64,000 nt of DNA from Cenarchaeum sp. (GTDB taxonomy: Archaea; Thermoproteota; Nitrososphaeria; Nitrososphaerales; Nitrosopumilaceae): contig OY843584.1 of the NCBI GenBank assembly GCA_963692915.1, forward strand, positions 160,001 through 224,000. Direction: 5' to 3'. The number at the start of each line of letters is the position of its first letter. Within the stretch, counting starts at the first letter, position 1. Shown piece after piece: positions 1-9,492 of this stretch. The notes under the pieces are model-generated. The model was given only the letters and a program-made list of their open reading frames with translations, ran no database searches and had not been told where the DNA came from. The position numbers and the translations under genes were made by a program.

Positions 1-689
1 ACGTGTATGATCCACTCGATGACTCGTGGTCGTCCGGCCCACACATGCCAACTGCGCGCGGGGCGCTCGCCGCCGCGTTTGTTGGCACGAGCCTGTATGC
101 GCTTGGCGGTGCGGCATACGGCAGGGCACTAGACACCGCCGAGGTGTATGACACGTCGACGGGATCGTGGGACACGATCGCGCCCATGCCAACTGCACGA
201 GACCATCTTGCGGCAGCCACACTTGACGCGCGTGTGCATGCGATCGGCGGGCGCAACATATCGCTCTCATCGAACACCGGCGCGCACGAGGCGTACAGTG
301 CGGCACTCGGAGCCTGGGAGGAGCTAGATGGCCTGCCCACTCCGCGCGGCGGGCTGGCCGCAGCGTCCATCGGCGGCAGCATATTTGTCATCGGCGGCGA
401 GCAGACGCTCGGGACGTTTGCGCACAACGAGCACTATGTCGCCGGCACCGGATGGGCAGCCGCCGAGGACATGCCGACTGCAAGGCACGGCCTCGGTGCG
501 GCGGCAGCCGGCGAGCGCATATACGTCATGGCCGGCGGCATAGAGCCCGGCGGGGGCGTGAGCGGCCTGGTCGAGTCGTACCGTGACCCCGTTCACGTGC
601 CCGAGTTTGGCGCAGTTGCGGCAACCATGGCCGTCGCGCTAGGGGCGGCCGCGGCCGCCGGCGCGCTCACTCGCCGAGCACCCCGATGA
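1..689 (+). CDS. Kelch-repeat beta-propeller surface protein with PEFG-CTERM anchor (5' end outside window)
   Basis: Repeated MPTAR...lyv.GG Kelch units; C-terminal VPEFG + hydrophobic helix + basic tail. Confidence 0.85.
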   Translation, partial: VYDPLDDSWSSGPHMPTARGALAAAFVGTSLYALGGAAYGRALDTAEVYDTSTGSWDTIAPMPTARDHLAAATLDARVHAIGGRNISLSSNTGAHEAYSAALGAWEELDGLPTPRGGLAAASIGGSIFVIGGEQTLGTFAHNEHYVAGTGWAAAEDMPTARHGLGAAAAGERIYVMAGGIEPGGGVSGLVESYRDPVHVPEFGAVAATMAVALGAAAAAGALTRRAPR

Positions 690-2199
690 CCTTTCCGGGA
701 ATGTCGCCTAGCCTGCTGACTGCAAGAACCCTCTCATAGCCGAGTCCGCGCAGGTTGGCCGCTATTGCAGTCGCGCGCACGACGTCAGGCCCCAGGCCCA
801 GCGCGCACATTCTCGTTCCGGCCGAGCGCGCCGCGATGACTGACTCGCGAACCGCGCCGGCGTTGGAGGGCTCGCCGTCAGTCATCGTGAGGAGCGTCTG
901 CGGCCGCTCGATCGCAATCACCCTTGCCATCGTCCCGTACACCTCGGCTAGCGGCGTTGACCCGTTGGCCTCGATCTGGGCCAAGCGCCTCGCGCAGGGA
1001 ACGTCCCACCTCTGCGCGGCGCGCTTTATCTCCCAGCACACGACTGACTTTGCTGACGTGCTAAACGCGTATACCGAAAAGCGCGCACGCAGCAGCGCGA
1101 GAACCTCGCAGAGGGCGAGTGCGGCCTTTTTGTACTCGGACTGCGAGGAGGCGATGCTCGAGGAGTGGTCCAGGAGCATCATCACATCTGCGTGAATCTC
1201 GCGCCGCTCATCGCGCACAAAGGCGCCTTGGGCCGAGCCTGACTCGATGTGCGCCTCGACGTCAAGCTCGTCGCCGCTTGAGGCGTGCGTCTCTGACCAG
1301 CGCGACTTCCAGTCGCGAAACCGCATCTTTAGGCGCGCGATGAGCTCGTGGTCATATATCGAGGACTCGTCGACATCGGTGAGCGGCGGCACGCACAGGC
1401 CGGCGAACACCTGCTCGCCGCCCCCGCCGGCGACTCCCCTGAGCGACTCGTACTCGCCGAGGATCGCCTCATCGGCAACTGCGGCGCGCGATGTCCCCTT
1501 TGGGATCCCCATGGCCCCCTCGACTCGCGTAATGGACCTCGGGATGTCATCCTCGCCTAGCGGCATGTCCGGCCTCGACCACGGGAACGCAATGGGCACG
1601 CTCGCTATGGGGTCAAGCTCGAGCTCGCGCAGTATGGCCGGCACTGCGGCCTCTAGGGCATCAGCATCGCCTCCGAGTGCGGCCTCGACTGCGCCTGAGC
1701 CGAGCTCGCCGGCCCTCACGGCAGCGTCGAGCTGCCTCTCGGATATGTCGCCCTTTGTGTCGCCGAACAAAAAGTTCTGCAAAAACGCCTCGGCTGTCCG
1801 TGGCCTGCCATAGACGGAGTTGAGGAGCGGCCTGTATAGCCACTGAAACGCGTGGTTGAATATGACCTCGCCGGCCATGCCGCGCCACTCGCGCAGTCCG
1901 GCGATCTCTGTGCGGCGGACCTCAAGGGCGTTGAGGACAAAGCCAAAGGCGTGGTCGCCGCTCATGTCGCGTCCGCCATGGCGCCTCCGCATCGCCGCGT
2001 GCCAGACGTTGGCCCGAACCTGCCTGTACCTGTCAAGGCCCGAGCCGGAGAGTGACTCCATCGGCGCGACGCGAATGGTCTTGCCCGCGCGCCACGGCGC
2101 CGGCAGGAATGACACGACGACGCGTCCGTCGCCAGACCAGCAGCGGGCCAGGAACGTGGCGATCTCGGCAGTCGCGCCGGATCCGAGCCCGTCGCGCAC
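667..2199 (-). CDS. VWA-domain protein (NorD/CobT-like partner of MoxR ATPase)
   Basis: MIDAS motif LLDHSSS, GSTPL, TDGEP; directly downstream of AAA+ gene. Confidence 0.8.
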   Translation of the reverse strand: MRDGLGSGATAEIATFLARCWSGDGRVVVSFLPAPWRAGKTIRVAPMESLSGSGLDRYRQVRANVWHAAMRRRHGGRDMSGDHAFGFVLNALEVRRTEIAGLREWRGMAGEVIFNHAFQWLYRPLLNSVYGRPRTAEAFLQNFLFGDTKGDISERQLDAAVRAGELGSGAVEAALGGDADALEAAVPAILRELELDPIASVPIAFPWSRPDMPLGEDDIPRSITRVEGAMGIPKGTSRAAVADEAILGEYESLRGVAGGGGEQVFAGLCVPPLTDVDESSIYDHELIARLKMRFRDWKSRWSETHASSGDELDVEAHIESGSAQGAFVRDERREIHADVMMLLDHSSSIASSQSEYKKAALALCEVLALLRARFSVYAFSTSAKSVVCWEIKRAAQRWDVPCARRLAQIEANGSTPLAEVYGTMARVIAIERPQTLLTMTDGEPSNAGAVRESVIAARSAGTRMCALGLGPDVVRATAIAANLRGLGYERVLAVSRLGDIPGKVIGVLGE

Positions 2200-3003
2200 C
2201 TACTGCCCCCCAAAGATCGACGTTATGATTCCTGCCACCTTTTTGTGCTCGATCTCGCCCCACTGCGCGTACACGTTGCCAAAGACGGTGCCGGCGGCCT
2301 CGCCGGCGGCCATGCCGGACTGCACGAGCCGGCCGTACGCTATGGTCTCGCGCAGGCTCGGCGCGTATGCGAGCTCTTCTACTGCGGCGGCTTCGCGAAG
2401 CGCGCCGGCGAGGCGAATTCCGGACCTGAGGTCGCCGTCATCACATCCGGACTCGCCGATGTGGCGCCTCGCGATTGCCTCCTCGGTCTCTGGCGGCGGG
2501 TACTCTAGCCTTATCCTGACCGGAAAGCGGCTCAAGAGCTGCGGCGGGAGCTCTTTTGTGCCGACATGTGAGAGCGGGTTTATCGTCGCGACTGCAAACC
2601 AGCCCTCGGCTGCCTTGACTGACTCGCCGGCTGACTCTTTTAGGACGAGCTCGCGCCGGTCGTCGAGTGCCTCATCAAGCCTGAGGAGGACGTCAGCCTC
2701 GGCTGCGTTGAGCTCGTCGAGGTACATGACACCGCCGCGCCTCATCGACCTCACGAGAACGCCCTCTGAAAATGCAACGTTGCCGCCCTCGAGAGTCTTT
2801 GATCCCACAAGGTGGCTCTCGCGCGTGCGCAGGCTAAAGTTGGCCGACTCGAGGGCCAGGCCGCGCGACTTTGCGAACTCGCGCACGAGCGTGGTCTTGC
2901 CGGTTCCCTTGGGCCCTATGACTAGCGCAAAGAGTCCGGCGTCGTGTGCGCGGCCGAGTGTCTCTAGTGAGCCGTTCCAGTCAAGGTATCCGGCCGTGGT
3001 CAT
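2200..3003 (-). CDS. MoxR/CbbQ/NirQ-family AAA+ ATPase
   Basis: Walker A GPKGTGKT, Walker B YLDELN, ATINP, LLSRF. Confidence 0.88.
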   Translation of the reverse strand: MTTAGYLDWNGSLETLGRAHDAGLFALVIGPKGTGKTTLVREFAKSRGLALESANFSLRTRESHLVGSKTLEGGNVAFSEGVLVRSMRRGGVMYLDELNAAEADVLLRLDEALDDRRELVLKESAGESVKAAEGWFAVATINPLSHVGTKELPPQLLSRFPVRIRLEYPPPETEEAIARRHIGESGCDDGDLRSGIRLAGALREAAAVEELAYAPSLRETIAYGRLVQSGMAAGEAAGTVFGNVYAQWGEIEHKKVAGIITSIFGGQ

Positions 3004-3190
3004 GTGCGCGGCGCGGGGAGGGATAGCCAATTAAACCTTGTATTGGGCCAAGCCGACACTGCAACGCTGAACCACGCCTGTCCGGACATTCAGATTCCGG
3101 GCAGTATAATGTGGGATCATGGAGCCTGCCTATGATCAGCATACCTGGGCATTTGTGAGCCGTGCAGCAGTGCGCACGAGACAGGCGCGA

Positions 3191-4645
3191 CTAGGTGTAC
3201 TTTGCCATGGCCATGCCGGCACCGTCGAGAATCTTGTGGAGGTGGCCCCTCCATGCGGCAAACCCGTCCGGACTGGACGGAAAGTCGCGATAGTGCGCAG
3301 TGAGGAGCTTGTTCTGCCCCGTCGTCGTGCGCAGGCCCGCGGCAAGCCTCCTGTTGAGCGCGCCACGGATGAGTATGCTGAGGCGGCCAACGCCACCAAA
3401 GTCCGGATGCTCGCCCTTTGATATGGCCTCGACGTCCATGTCGCCCAAAAAGTGCTTCATGCCATAGTTGATCTGCTCGTTGGTCAGCGTCTGGATGAAC
3501 CTGCGAAAGACCTCTAGGCCGGCAGTCTTGTACCCATACTCGTCAATGTACTCCTTGTTGTACTGCCACAGGCCGCCCTCGCCGGTGTCGCCTGACTCTA
3601 CTGCGGCGACTGCGCACTTGCCGGCGATCGTTCCGGCAATGAGGGCCGGCCCTATGCCACCGGCGTCAAGCGGCTTTGGCATCCACGCCGAGTCGCCAAC
3701 TAGCATATATCCGCCCGAGACGAGGCAGTCATTCTGTCTCCTCACTGAGACCTGAAAGTTTCCGGTCGCATTGTCCGCATCCACTGCGTCCTCGGACAGG
3801 CGCGCGTTCTTTATCGCGCGGTTGCGCGCGACATACTCGTCGATTAGTCCAGAGACCGCATCGCTCTTGCCGAGGCGCGCGTTGCGCTTTTCCAAAAGCG
3901 TCTTTTCAACACCGAGGCCAATGTTGACCTTGTCCTTGCCCTTTGGAAAGACCCACCCGTATCCGCCCGGTGCTATGTCCTGGTCGAGGTGTATTATGCA
4001 ATAGTCGGGATCAAACTCGGTCTTGTCCTCCTCGCCGCCATCAAAGTACATTATGTGGCGCCCCGTCGACTCTACGTCCTTCCTGTCGACCTTTCGCTCT
4101 ATCTTGTCGGTGTTGCGAACCTGGTTGCGCAGCATCGACGTCATGCCCGTGGTGTCAACTACGATCTTGGCGCTTTTCCTGTATGACTCGCCGGACTTTG
4201 CCCTGCCCTCGACGCCGCAGACGTTGTCCCCGTCATAGACGAGACCCGTGAGGTTTATCCCAAAGTCAAACTCGACGCCCATCTTGACTGCGCGCCGGTT
4301 CTGCTCTTGCGGGAGGAGCTGCCTGTTTAGCATGTATCCCTCGCCGTCAAACGGTATGGCAGTCTCGCGGTCCGGCGAGAAGGCCATGACGCCTTTCACG
4401 GTGTGCTCGATCTCCGGACTGGTCCATTTCACGCCCGTGCGCTCGCTCATATAGTCGATGGCCTCCTTGCTCACCGCATCGCCGCATATCCAGCCGCTCA
4501 CGCTCTTGCTGCCGGGCATCCTCTCGGGGCTGCGGTCCACGACTAGGACGCGCAGGCCCTGCGAGGAGTGCTTTGCGACCGAGTGCGCAACGACGGTGCC
4601 GGCGAGGCCGCCGCCGGCAATTATGACGTCATAGTCATGCTCCAT
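3191..4645 (-). CDS. Geranylgeranyl reductase-family FAD oxidoreductase
   Basis: GGGLAG dinucleotide fold, PGGYGWVFP, GDSA..PLDAGGI. Confidence 0.85.
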   Translation of the reverse strand: MEHDYDVIIAGGGLAGTVVAHSVAKHSSQGLRVLVVDRSPERMPGSKSVSGWICGDAVSKEAIDYMSERTGVKWTSPEIEHTVKGVMAFSPDRETAIPFDGEGYMLNRQLLPQEQNRRAVKMGVEFDFGINLTGLVYDGDNVCGVEGRAKSGESYRKSAKIVVDTTGMTSMLRNQVRNTDKIERKVDRKDVESTGRHIMYFDGGEEDKTEFDPDYCIIHLDQDIAPGGYGWVFPKGKDKVNIGLGVEKTLLEKRNARLGKSDAVSGLIDEYVARNRAIKNARLSEDAVDADNATGNFQVSVRRQNDCLVSGGYMLVGDSAWMPKPLDAGGIGPALIAGTIAGKCAVAAVESGDTGEGGLWQYNKEYIDEYGYKTAGLEVFRRFIQTLTNEQINYGMKHFLGDMDVEAISKGEHPDFGGVGRLSILIRGALNRRLAAGLRTTTGQNKLLTAHYRDFPSSPDGFAAWRGHLHKILDGAGMAMAKYT

Positions 4646-4703
4646 GGATCGCGCGCCGCCGCGTGATTCTATTTAAAACCATCTTGGGCCCCGCGATGTC
4701 GCG

Positions 4704-5153
4704 CTATTGCGGCGCGGCGAGGAGCTCGGCGAGGGACGACTCGACGTCTGCACGCCTGTCATCAGGCGCCCTTATGCGAACGACGACCTCGCCGCCGCGC
4801 GGCGCAAACTCGCCGGCAAGCGTTGCGCGCCCCGCAATGAGATCCTGCTTGTCAAGCCTGACGCTGATGGTTCCGTCATGCAGGCGCGCGCGAACCTCGG
4901 CTACGGCGTCTGCGCGTGACTTGCAGCCTAGCGCACCTCGAACAGCCCGCAGCGCAGTCTCGGCATCGCGCACCGTCGCGCCCAGGACGGTGATTGCGTT
5001 GCCAAAGTGGCCGCGCAGGACAGACCTTGCGGCGGGATCAGGGCTCGCCCCGAGCATGCGATCCAGTGCGGCAGTCACCACACCCTCGCTCTCTGTGGCA
5101 TGCAGTATCGCGCTAACGGATATGCCTGCGCGCCCTGAACCGGCCCGCGCCAT
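4704..5153 (-). CDS. DUF54-type RNA-binding protein
   Basis: HATES...GHFGNAI...RLDKQ motif; coupled to rps3ae. Confidence 0.7.
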   Translation of the reverse strand: MARAGSGRAGISVSAILHATESEGVVTAALDRMLGASPDPAARSVLRGHFGNAITVLGATVRDAETALRAVRGALGCKSRADAVAEVRARLHDGTISVRLDKQDLIAGRATLAGEFAPRGGEVVVRIRAPDDRRADVESSLAELLAAPQ

Positions 5154-5764
5154 CAGGCCTTTAGGAGCGTAATCTGCTCCTCGGCCGTCTTGATGAGCTT
5201 TACCTTTTCGAGCCCAACGTGCCTCACGCGCACAATCCTCTTGACTCCGGCCATTATCTCCGAGTTTATCGCGTTATAGCACGTTGCCTGGACAAACTGG
5301 TCTATGGTCATGCCGGGAATCTTTTTCTCGATGATCTCTCGCACGACGAGGCGGAGCGCGTGCTTTTTTGACGAGTTTAGCTGGTGCTGCGTGAGGACGA
5401 TGACCTTTATGCGGAACGTATAGCCGTCCTTCGTCGAGACGTCGGTGATAAAGTTGACCTTTGAGGAGCCCCTCCTGATGAGGCTGCGCAGGAACTCCTT
5501 TGCGTACTCGTACCCCCTGAATATCGTGCGGGCCTCCTCGCCGTCGACCTCGACGATCTTGAAGTAGAGCTTGTACTGGTGCTGGGACGCGTCGCCCTTT
5601 AGTATGTCATATAGCGTCGTCTCGACGACCCTGCCGCCGAGGCTGTCCTCGTCGGTGATCGGCACATAGGCTACTGGCTCGTTGCCAAACGAGTCTGGCG
5701 TGCGCACGGTGACCCACTTTTTCTCGCGCCACCGATCCTTTACTCTTCCCTTTTTGCGAGCCAA
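5153..5764 (-). CDS. rps3ae: 30S ribosomal protein S3Ae (eS1)
   Basis: KDRWREKKW, GRVVETTLYD, LRSLIRRGSSKV. Confidence 0.95.
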   Translation of the reverse strand: MARKKGRVKDRWREKKWVTVRTPDSFGNEPVAYVPITDEDSLGGRVVETTLYDILKGDASQHQYKLYFKIVEVDGEEARTIFRGYEYAKEFLRSLIRRGSSKVNFITDVSTKDGYTFRIKVIVLTQHQLNSSKKHALRLVVREIIEKKIPGMTIDQFVQATCYNAINSEIMAGVKRIVRVRHVGLEKVKLIKTAEEQITLLKA

Positions 5765-5814
5765 TTGTGGGCAGGCCTCCTGCGCCTTGTTATAAAGGCA
5801 TACGGGGCGCGTGG

Positions 5815-5926
5815 GTATGAGGTCAGCACCCTCTGCTCATTTGGCCAAATAGGCGTGATCCTGTCGATCTACTTGACACTTCGGCTCTTGTCTAGGCATG
5901 AACGTGCAGAAATGCTGACCTCATGC
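5815..5926 (+). repeat. ~112-bp dispersed element with terminal inverted repeats (MITE-like), copy 1
   Basis: GTATGAGGTCAGCA (5815-5828) / TGCTGACCTCATGC (5913-5926), 13/14 inverted match; internal similarity to copies at 29434, 31498, 44035, 62546, 63145. Confidence 0.75.
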
Positions 5927-6164
5927 GCGTGTGGCCTGCGGCCGTGCGCCATCCTCGAGCGCGAACCGCATGCCATGGACGGCATGACGGCCAGTCGCCG
6001 TACAGGGGCGGATCTTGACCAACTGGTTTTATAGGGACTGCTGGCTCGTTTGGGGCGATGAGCGGGGGTTATGGGGAGGTCGTTTGGCCTTCCGATCAGG
6101 CGGATTTGGGCCATTTTGGGGCAAAAAACCGGCCAAGAGTTATAAAGTACTTGTATGGTAGGGT

Positions 6165-6722
6165 GTGGTAATGAATGCATACGACGCAATACTGATGACG
6201 CTGCACGCCAACGACGAGCTGCTCGGCCCTGAGAGGGTCGGCGAGCGGCCAGTTGGGCGAACGGCAATGCAAAAGCTCATCTATTTTGAAACGCGCATCT
6301 TAAAGAGCGATATGTTCTTTAACGCCTACTATTATGGCCCGTTTAGCCCCGGCGTCTCTGAGGGTCTTGCGCGGCTAGGGGCGTTTGGATACGTGCGCGA
6401 GTACGTGCCGCCCTCGTCCTTCCTCGGGTATGAATACCACCTGACAAAGGACGGCAAGGAATTTGCCGCTGACCTGTCACAGAATGAGCCATATGCGAAG
6501 ATTAAGGATGTGGTAAAAACTTGTTCGGACTTTTGCGATCTCCGCCAGCTCGCACTGTCTTACGCGGCAAAGACGCACTTTCTTAGCAGCAAGCTCTACA
6601 AGAGCATGAACAAGTCAAACAACAACGACATTGCCGCATTGGGCAAAAATTTTGGTTGGGTGATAGATCCAAAAGATGTCCGTGATGGCAAAAAGCTGCT
6701 TCGGGCATTAAAACTTGACTAG
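6165..6722 (+). CDS. YwgA/DUF4065-like winged-helix protein (possible antitoxin or regulator)
   Basis: GRTAMQKLIYF...YYYGPFS motif; overlaps HD gene. Confidence 0.6.
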   Translation: MVMNAYDAILMTLHANDELLGPERVGERPVGRTAMQKLIYFETRILKSDMFFNAYYYGPFSPGVSEGLARLGAFGYVREYVPPSSFLGYEYHLTKDGKEFAADLSQNEPYAKIKDVVKTCSDFCDLRQLALSYAAKTHFLSSKLYKSMNKSNNNDIAALGKNFGWVIDPKDVRDGKKLLRALKLD

Positions 6723-7977
6723 CAATCCTGCAATAAGGCAGATACGTGATCCGCTCTATGGCATGATCGACATATCGCCAACCGAGAACGCCCTCATCAA
6801 CACGCAAACATTCCTGCGTCTTCACAGAATCAAGCAGCTCTCTCATGCCCATGTGGCATATCCGTCAGCTCTGCATACGCGATACGAACATTCGCTTGGA
6901 GCCATGCACATGGCAGGCACCATGTGCGAAAAACTCCACATCGAAAAAGAGAAAACGCAACTCGTGCGTCTTGCGGCGTTGCTGCATGATGTGGGACACG
7001 GCCCGTTTTCGCATCTTTTTGAATGTGTGCTGGAAGATGTCAATAACCTGGATGGATCTATCCACGAGCATATAACGAACATAATGATAAAAAATGATCC
7101 AGAAATTAAACAGATTTTGAGAAGTGATCGATTAAAAATTATTGAGCTTTTGCAATCGCTCAAGCCTAATGTCAGGAAAGACTGGCGTCTAATGTCTGAT
7201 ATTGTGTCTAGCAGTCTTGATGCGGACAAGATTGACTATCTTCAGCGTGATTCCTATCACCTGGGCGTCAACTATGGGAAATTTGACCTCGTGCGAGTAA
7301 TGAATACAATTTGCCCCACCCCGAACCAGGAGCGACTTGCTGTCCGCATCAAGGGTCTTCACGCTATGGAGGGCTATCGCCTAGCGCGCCATCTATTGAC
7401 AGCTCAGGTGTATGAACATCATGCCAGGCTTGCCGCAGACCAGATGTTCCTCCGTGCTCTCCATGAGGCCATTCACATAGAAAAAATACTGCCAGCAGAG
7501 CTCTTTCGAGTGTCCTCTAGATCATTCATGTCATTTTACAAGGCTCTTGATGACGACTCCATTGTAAACATGATAACTGCCGATTCTAGGTCCAAGGTGT
7601 CAAAAAAGATACTAGGTGATATTCGTGCTCGTCGTCTGCTCAAGAGGGTTTATGAATTAGATCCTGTTCTTCTAAAGGACAAATCTACCAAACGCATGAT
7701 GTTCTACTCCAAGGACAAGCTATCTACCGTGACCAATGATATCAGGAAGAAGATGCGGCTCAAAAAACATGAGCTGTTCGTGCACGAGTCATCCAACCTA
7801 TTCAAGCTGTATGGTGACCATGACATCCCATGCCTCGATAAAAATAATGACGTTCGCCACATGAACACTCTGTCGCCAATTCACGCAGATGAGGGAATTG
7901 TAATCCGTTATGTGTTTGGCCCCGAGAAAAAACGTGATCTTATCCGTGCAGAATTTGCGGCTCATAAATTCGTCTAG
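6715..7977 (+). CDS. HD-domain phosphohydrolase, SAMHD1/dNTP triphosphohydrolase-like (YwfO type)
   Basis: RLHRIKQL, HTRYEHSLG, LLHDVGHGPFSH, LDADKIDYLQRDS, VYEH. Confidence 0.88.
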   Translation: MTSNPAIRQIRDPLYGMIDISPTENALINTQTFLRLHRIKQLSHAHVAYPSALHTRYEHSLGAMHMAGTMCEKLHIEKEKTQLVRLAALLHDVGHGPFSHLFECVLEDVNNLDGSIHEHITNIMIKNDPEIKQILRSDRLKIIELLQSLKPNVRKDWRLMSDIVSSSLDADKIDYLQRDSYHLGVNYGKFDLVRVMNTICPTPNQERLAVRIKGLHAMEGYRLARHLLTAQVYEHHARLAADQMFLRALHEAIHIEKILPAELFRVSSRSFMSFYKALDDDSIVNMITADSRSKVSKKILGDIRARRLLKRVYELDPVLLKDKSTKRMMFYSKDKLSTVTNDIRKKMRLKKHELFVHESSNLFKLYGDHDIPCLDKNNDVRHMNTLSPIHADEGIVIRYVFGPEKKRDLIRAEFAAHKFV

Positions 7978-7990
7978 GCGACAAGACTCA

Positions 7991-9253
7991 TCACGTGGCT
8001 TTGGAGATCTCGTCCTTGCCGACATACTTGCGCAGCGGGGCAGGCACCGATATGCCCGAGTCTGTCCGGCAGTTCTCGACGATTGCGACAAGAACGCGCG
8101 TCGTGGCAACTAGCGTCGAGTTTAGCGTGTGGACATATTGCGTGTCCTCGTTGGTCTTGTCCCTAAAGCGCATCTTTAGCCGGCGCGCCTGGTAGTCTAG
8201 GCAGTTGGAGCACGAGACTGCCTCGCGGTACGCGCCCTGGCCGGCCATCCACGCCTCGATATCGTACGTCTTGGCCGAGACCTTGCCCATGTCGCCGCTT
8301 GAGAGCAGGACAGTGCGGTGCGGCAGGCCGAGCTCGCGGTAAAACTCCTCGGCGACGCCGAGCATCCTCTCGTGCTCGGCCCACGACTCCTCTGGCCTCG
8401 CAAACGCAAACTGCTCGACCTTGTCGAACTGGTGCACGCGAAATATTCCCTTTTGGTCGCGCCCGTGCGCGCCGGCTTCCTTTCTAAAGCACGCGCTCAC
8501 GCCGGCGTACCTGATGGGAAGCGATGCGCCCTCGAGTATCTCATCACGGTGCATTGCCGCCATTGCGTGCTCGGAGGTGCCGATCATGCACAGGTCCTGG
8601 CCCTCTATGGCGTATATCGAGTCCTCAAAGTCCTCGGCAATGACTGCGCCCTCCATCGAGTCGCGCTTTATCATGTATGGCGGCTGGATCGCAGTATAGC
8701 CGTGCGAGGACGCAAAGTCGATCGCAAAGGAGACTAGCGCGTGGTTTAGGAGGACCATGTCGCCCTTTAGATAGTAAAACCTGGCACCAGACACCTTTGC
8801 GGCCCTCTCAATGTCAACGAGGCCCATCTTTTCCATTATCGCGGCGTGGTCCCCCTCTGCGCGCCGTGGCTCGCCCCACGTTCGCAAGACGACATTGGCC
8901 GAGTCGTCCGGCCCGTCAGGCACAGACTCGTGAACCATGTTGGGCAGCGTCCTGGCAAGGCCCGCATACTTTTCATGCGCCTGCCGCTGCGCGCCCTCTA
9001 GTGTCTCTAGCCTTTCTGAGACGCCGCGCATCTCCTCGATCGGCTTTGCCGCGTCCCCGCCGCGTTTTTTTTCTGCGGCGACGGCGCGCCCGAGCTCGTT
9101 GCGGCGACGGCGCAGCTCGTCGGCCTCTGATGTTGCCTTGCGCCATGCGCCATCGGCGGCAACTAGCGCATCGAGATCATACTCGACGCTGCGCCTCCTT
9201 AGCATGTCTCGCACGTCATCGGGACGTTCGCGCACGATCCTGGGGTCTATCAT
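7991..9253 (-). CDS. serS: Serine--tRNA ligase
   Basis: N-terminal coiled coil, GTSE, FRKEAG, FRVHQFDKVE, SCSNCLDYQARRL. Confidence 0.97.
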   Translation of the reverse strand: MIDPRIVRERPDDVRDMLRRRSVEYDLDALVAADGAWRKATSEADELRRRRNELGRAVAAEKKRGGDAAKPIEEMRGVSERLETLEGAQRQAHEKYAGLARTLPNMVHESVPDGPDDSANVVLRTWGEPRRAEGDHAAIMEKMGLVDIERAAKVSGARFYYLKGDMVLLNHALVSFAIDFASSHGYTAIQPPYMIKRDSMEGAVIAEDFEDSIYAIEGQDLCMIGTSEHAMAAMHRDEILEGASLPIRYAGVSACFRKEAGAHGRDQKGIFRVHQFDKVEQFAFARPEESWAEHERMLGVAEEFYRELGLPHRTVLLSSGDMGKVSAKTYDIEAWMAGQGAYREAVSCSNCLDYQARRLKMRFRDKTNEDTQYVHTLNSTLVATTRVLVAIVENCRTDSGISVPAPLRKYVGKDEISKAT

Positions 9254-9492
9254 CCCTGCGTGGCCTCCAGCGCGGCCTGCGCGTGCGCGAGAACCTCGTC
9301 AACTGTCGCGACGAGACTCGGGATCGCCCCGCCGCCAACATCAATGCGCACGTCACTGCCGTCAATTGACATCTCCATCTCCTGACCCGGAGGAAAGGCG
9401 ACATTGTCTGGCGCAAGCGCGGCCATTACGGCCTCGGCGCCCTGCACCGACAGGTCAGTTATGCGAATCTGCACCCTGCACGCCGGAGACAT
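9250..9492 (-). CDS. pcc1: KEOPS complex subunit Pcc1
   Basis: ALAPDN motif, ~80 aa, conserved rps15-DHH-pcc1-serS order. Confidence 0.65.
   Translation of the reverse strand: MSPACRVQIRITDLSVQGAEAVMAALAPDNVAFPPGQEMEMSIDGSDVRIDVGGGAIPSLVATVDEVLAHAQAALEATQG

Noticed and set aside
5940-6050. Further very degenerate copies of the 112-bp element (also ~25120-25165, 55405-55515, 62018-62049)
   Set aside because: Only short motif matches; cannot be separated from chance by eye.
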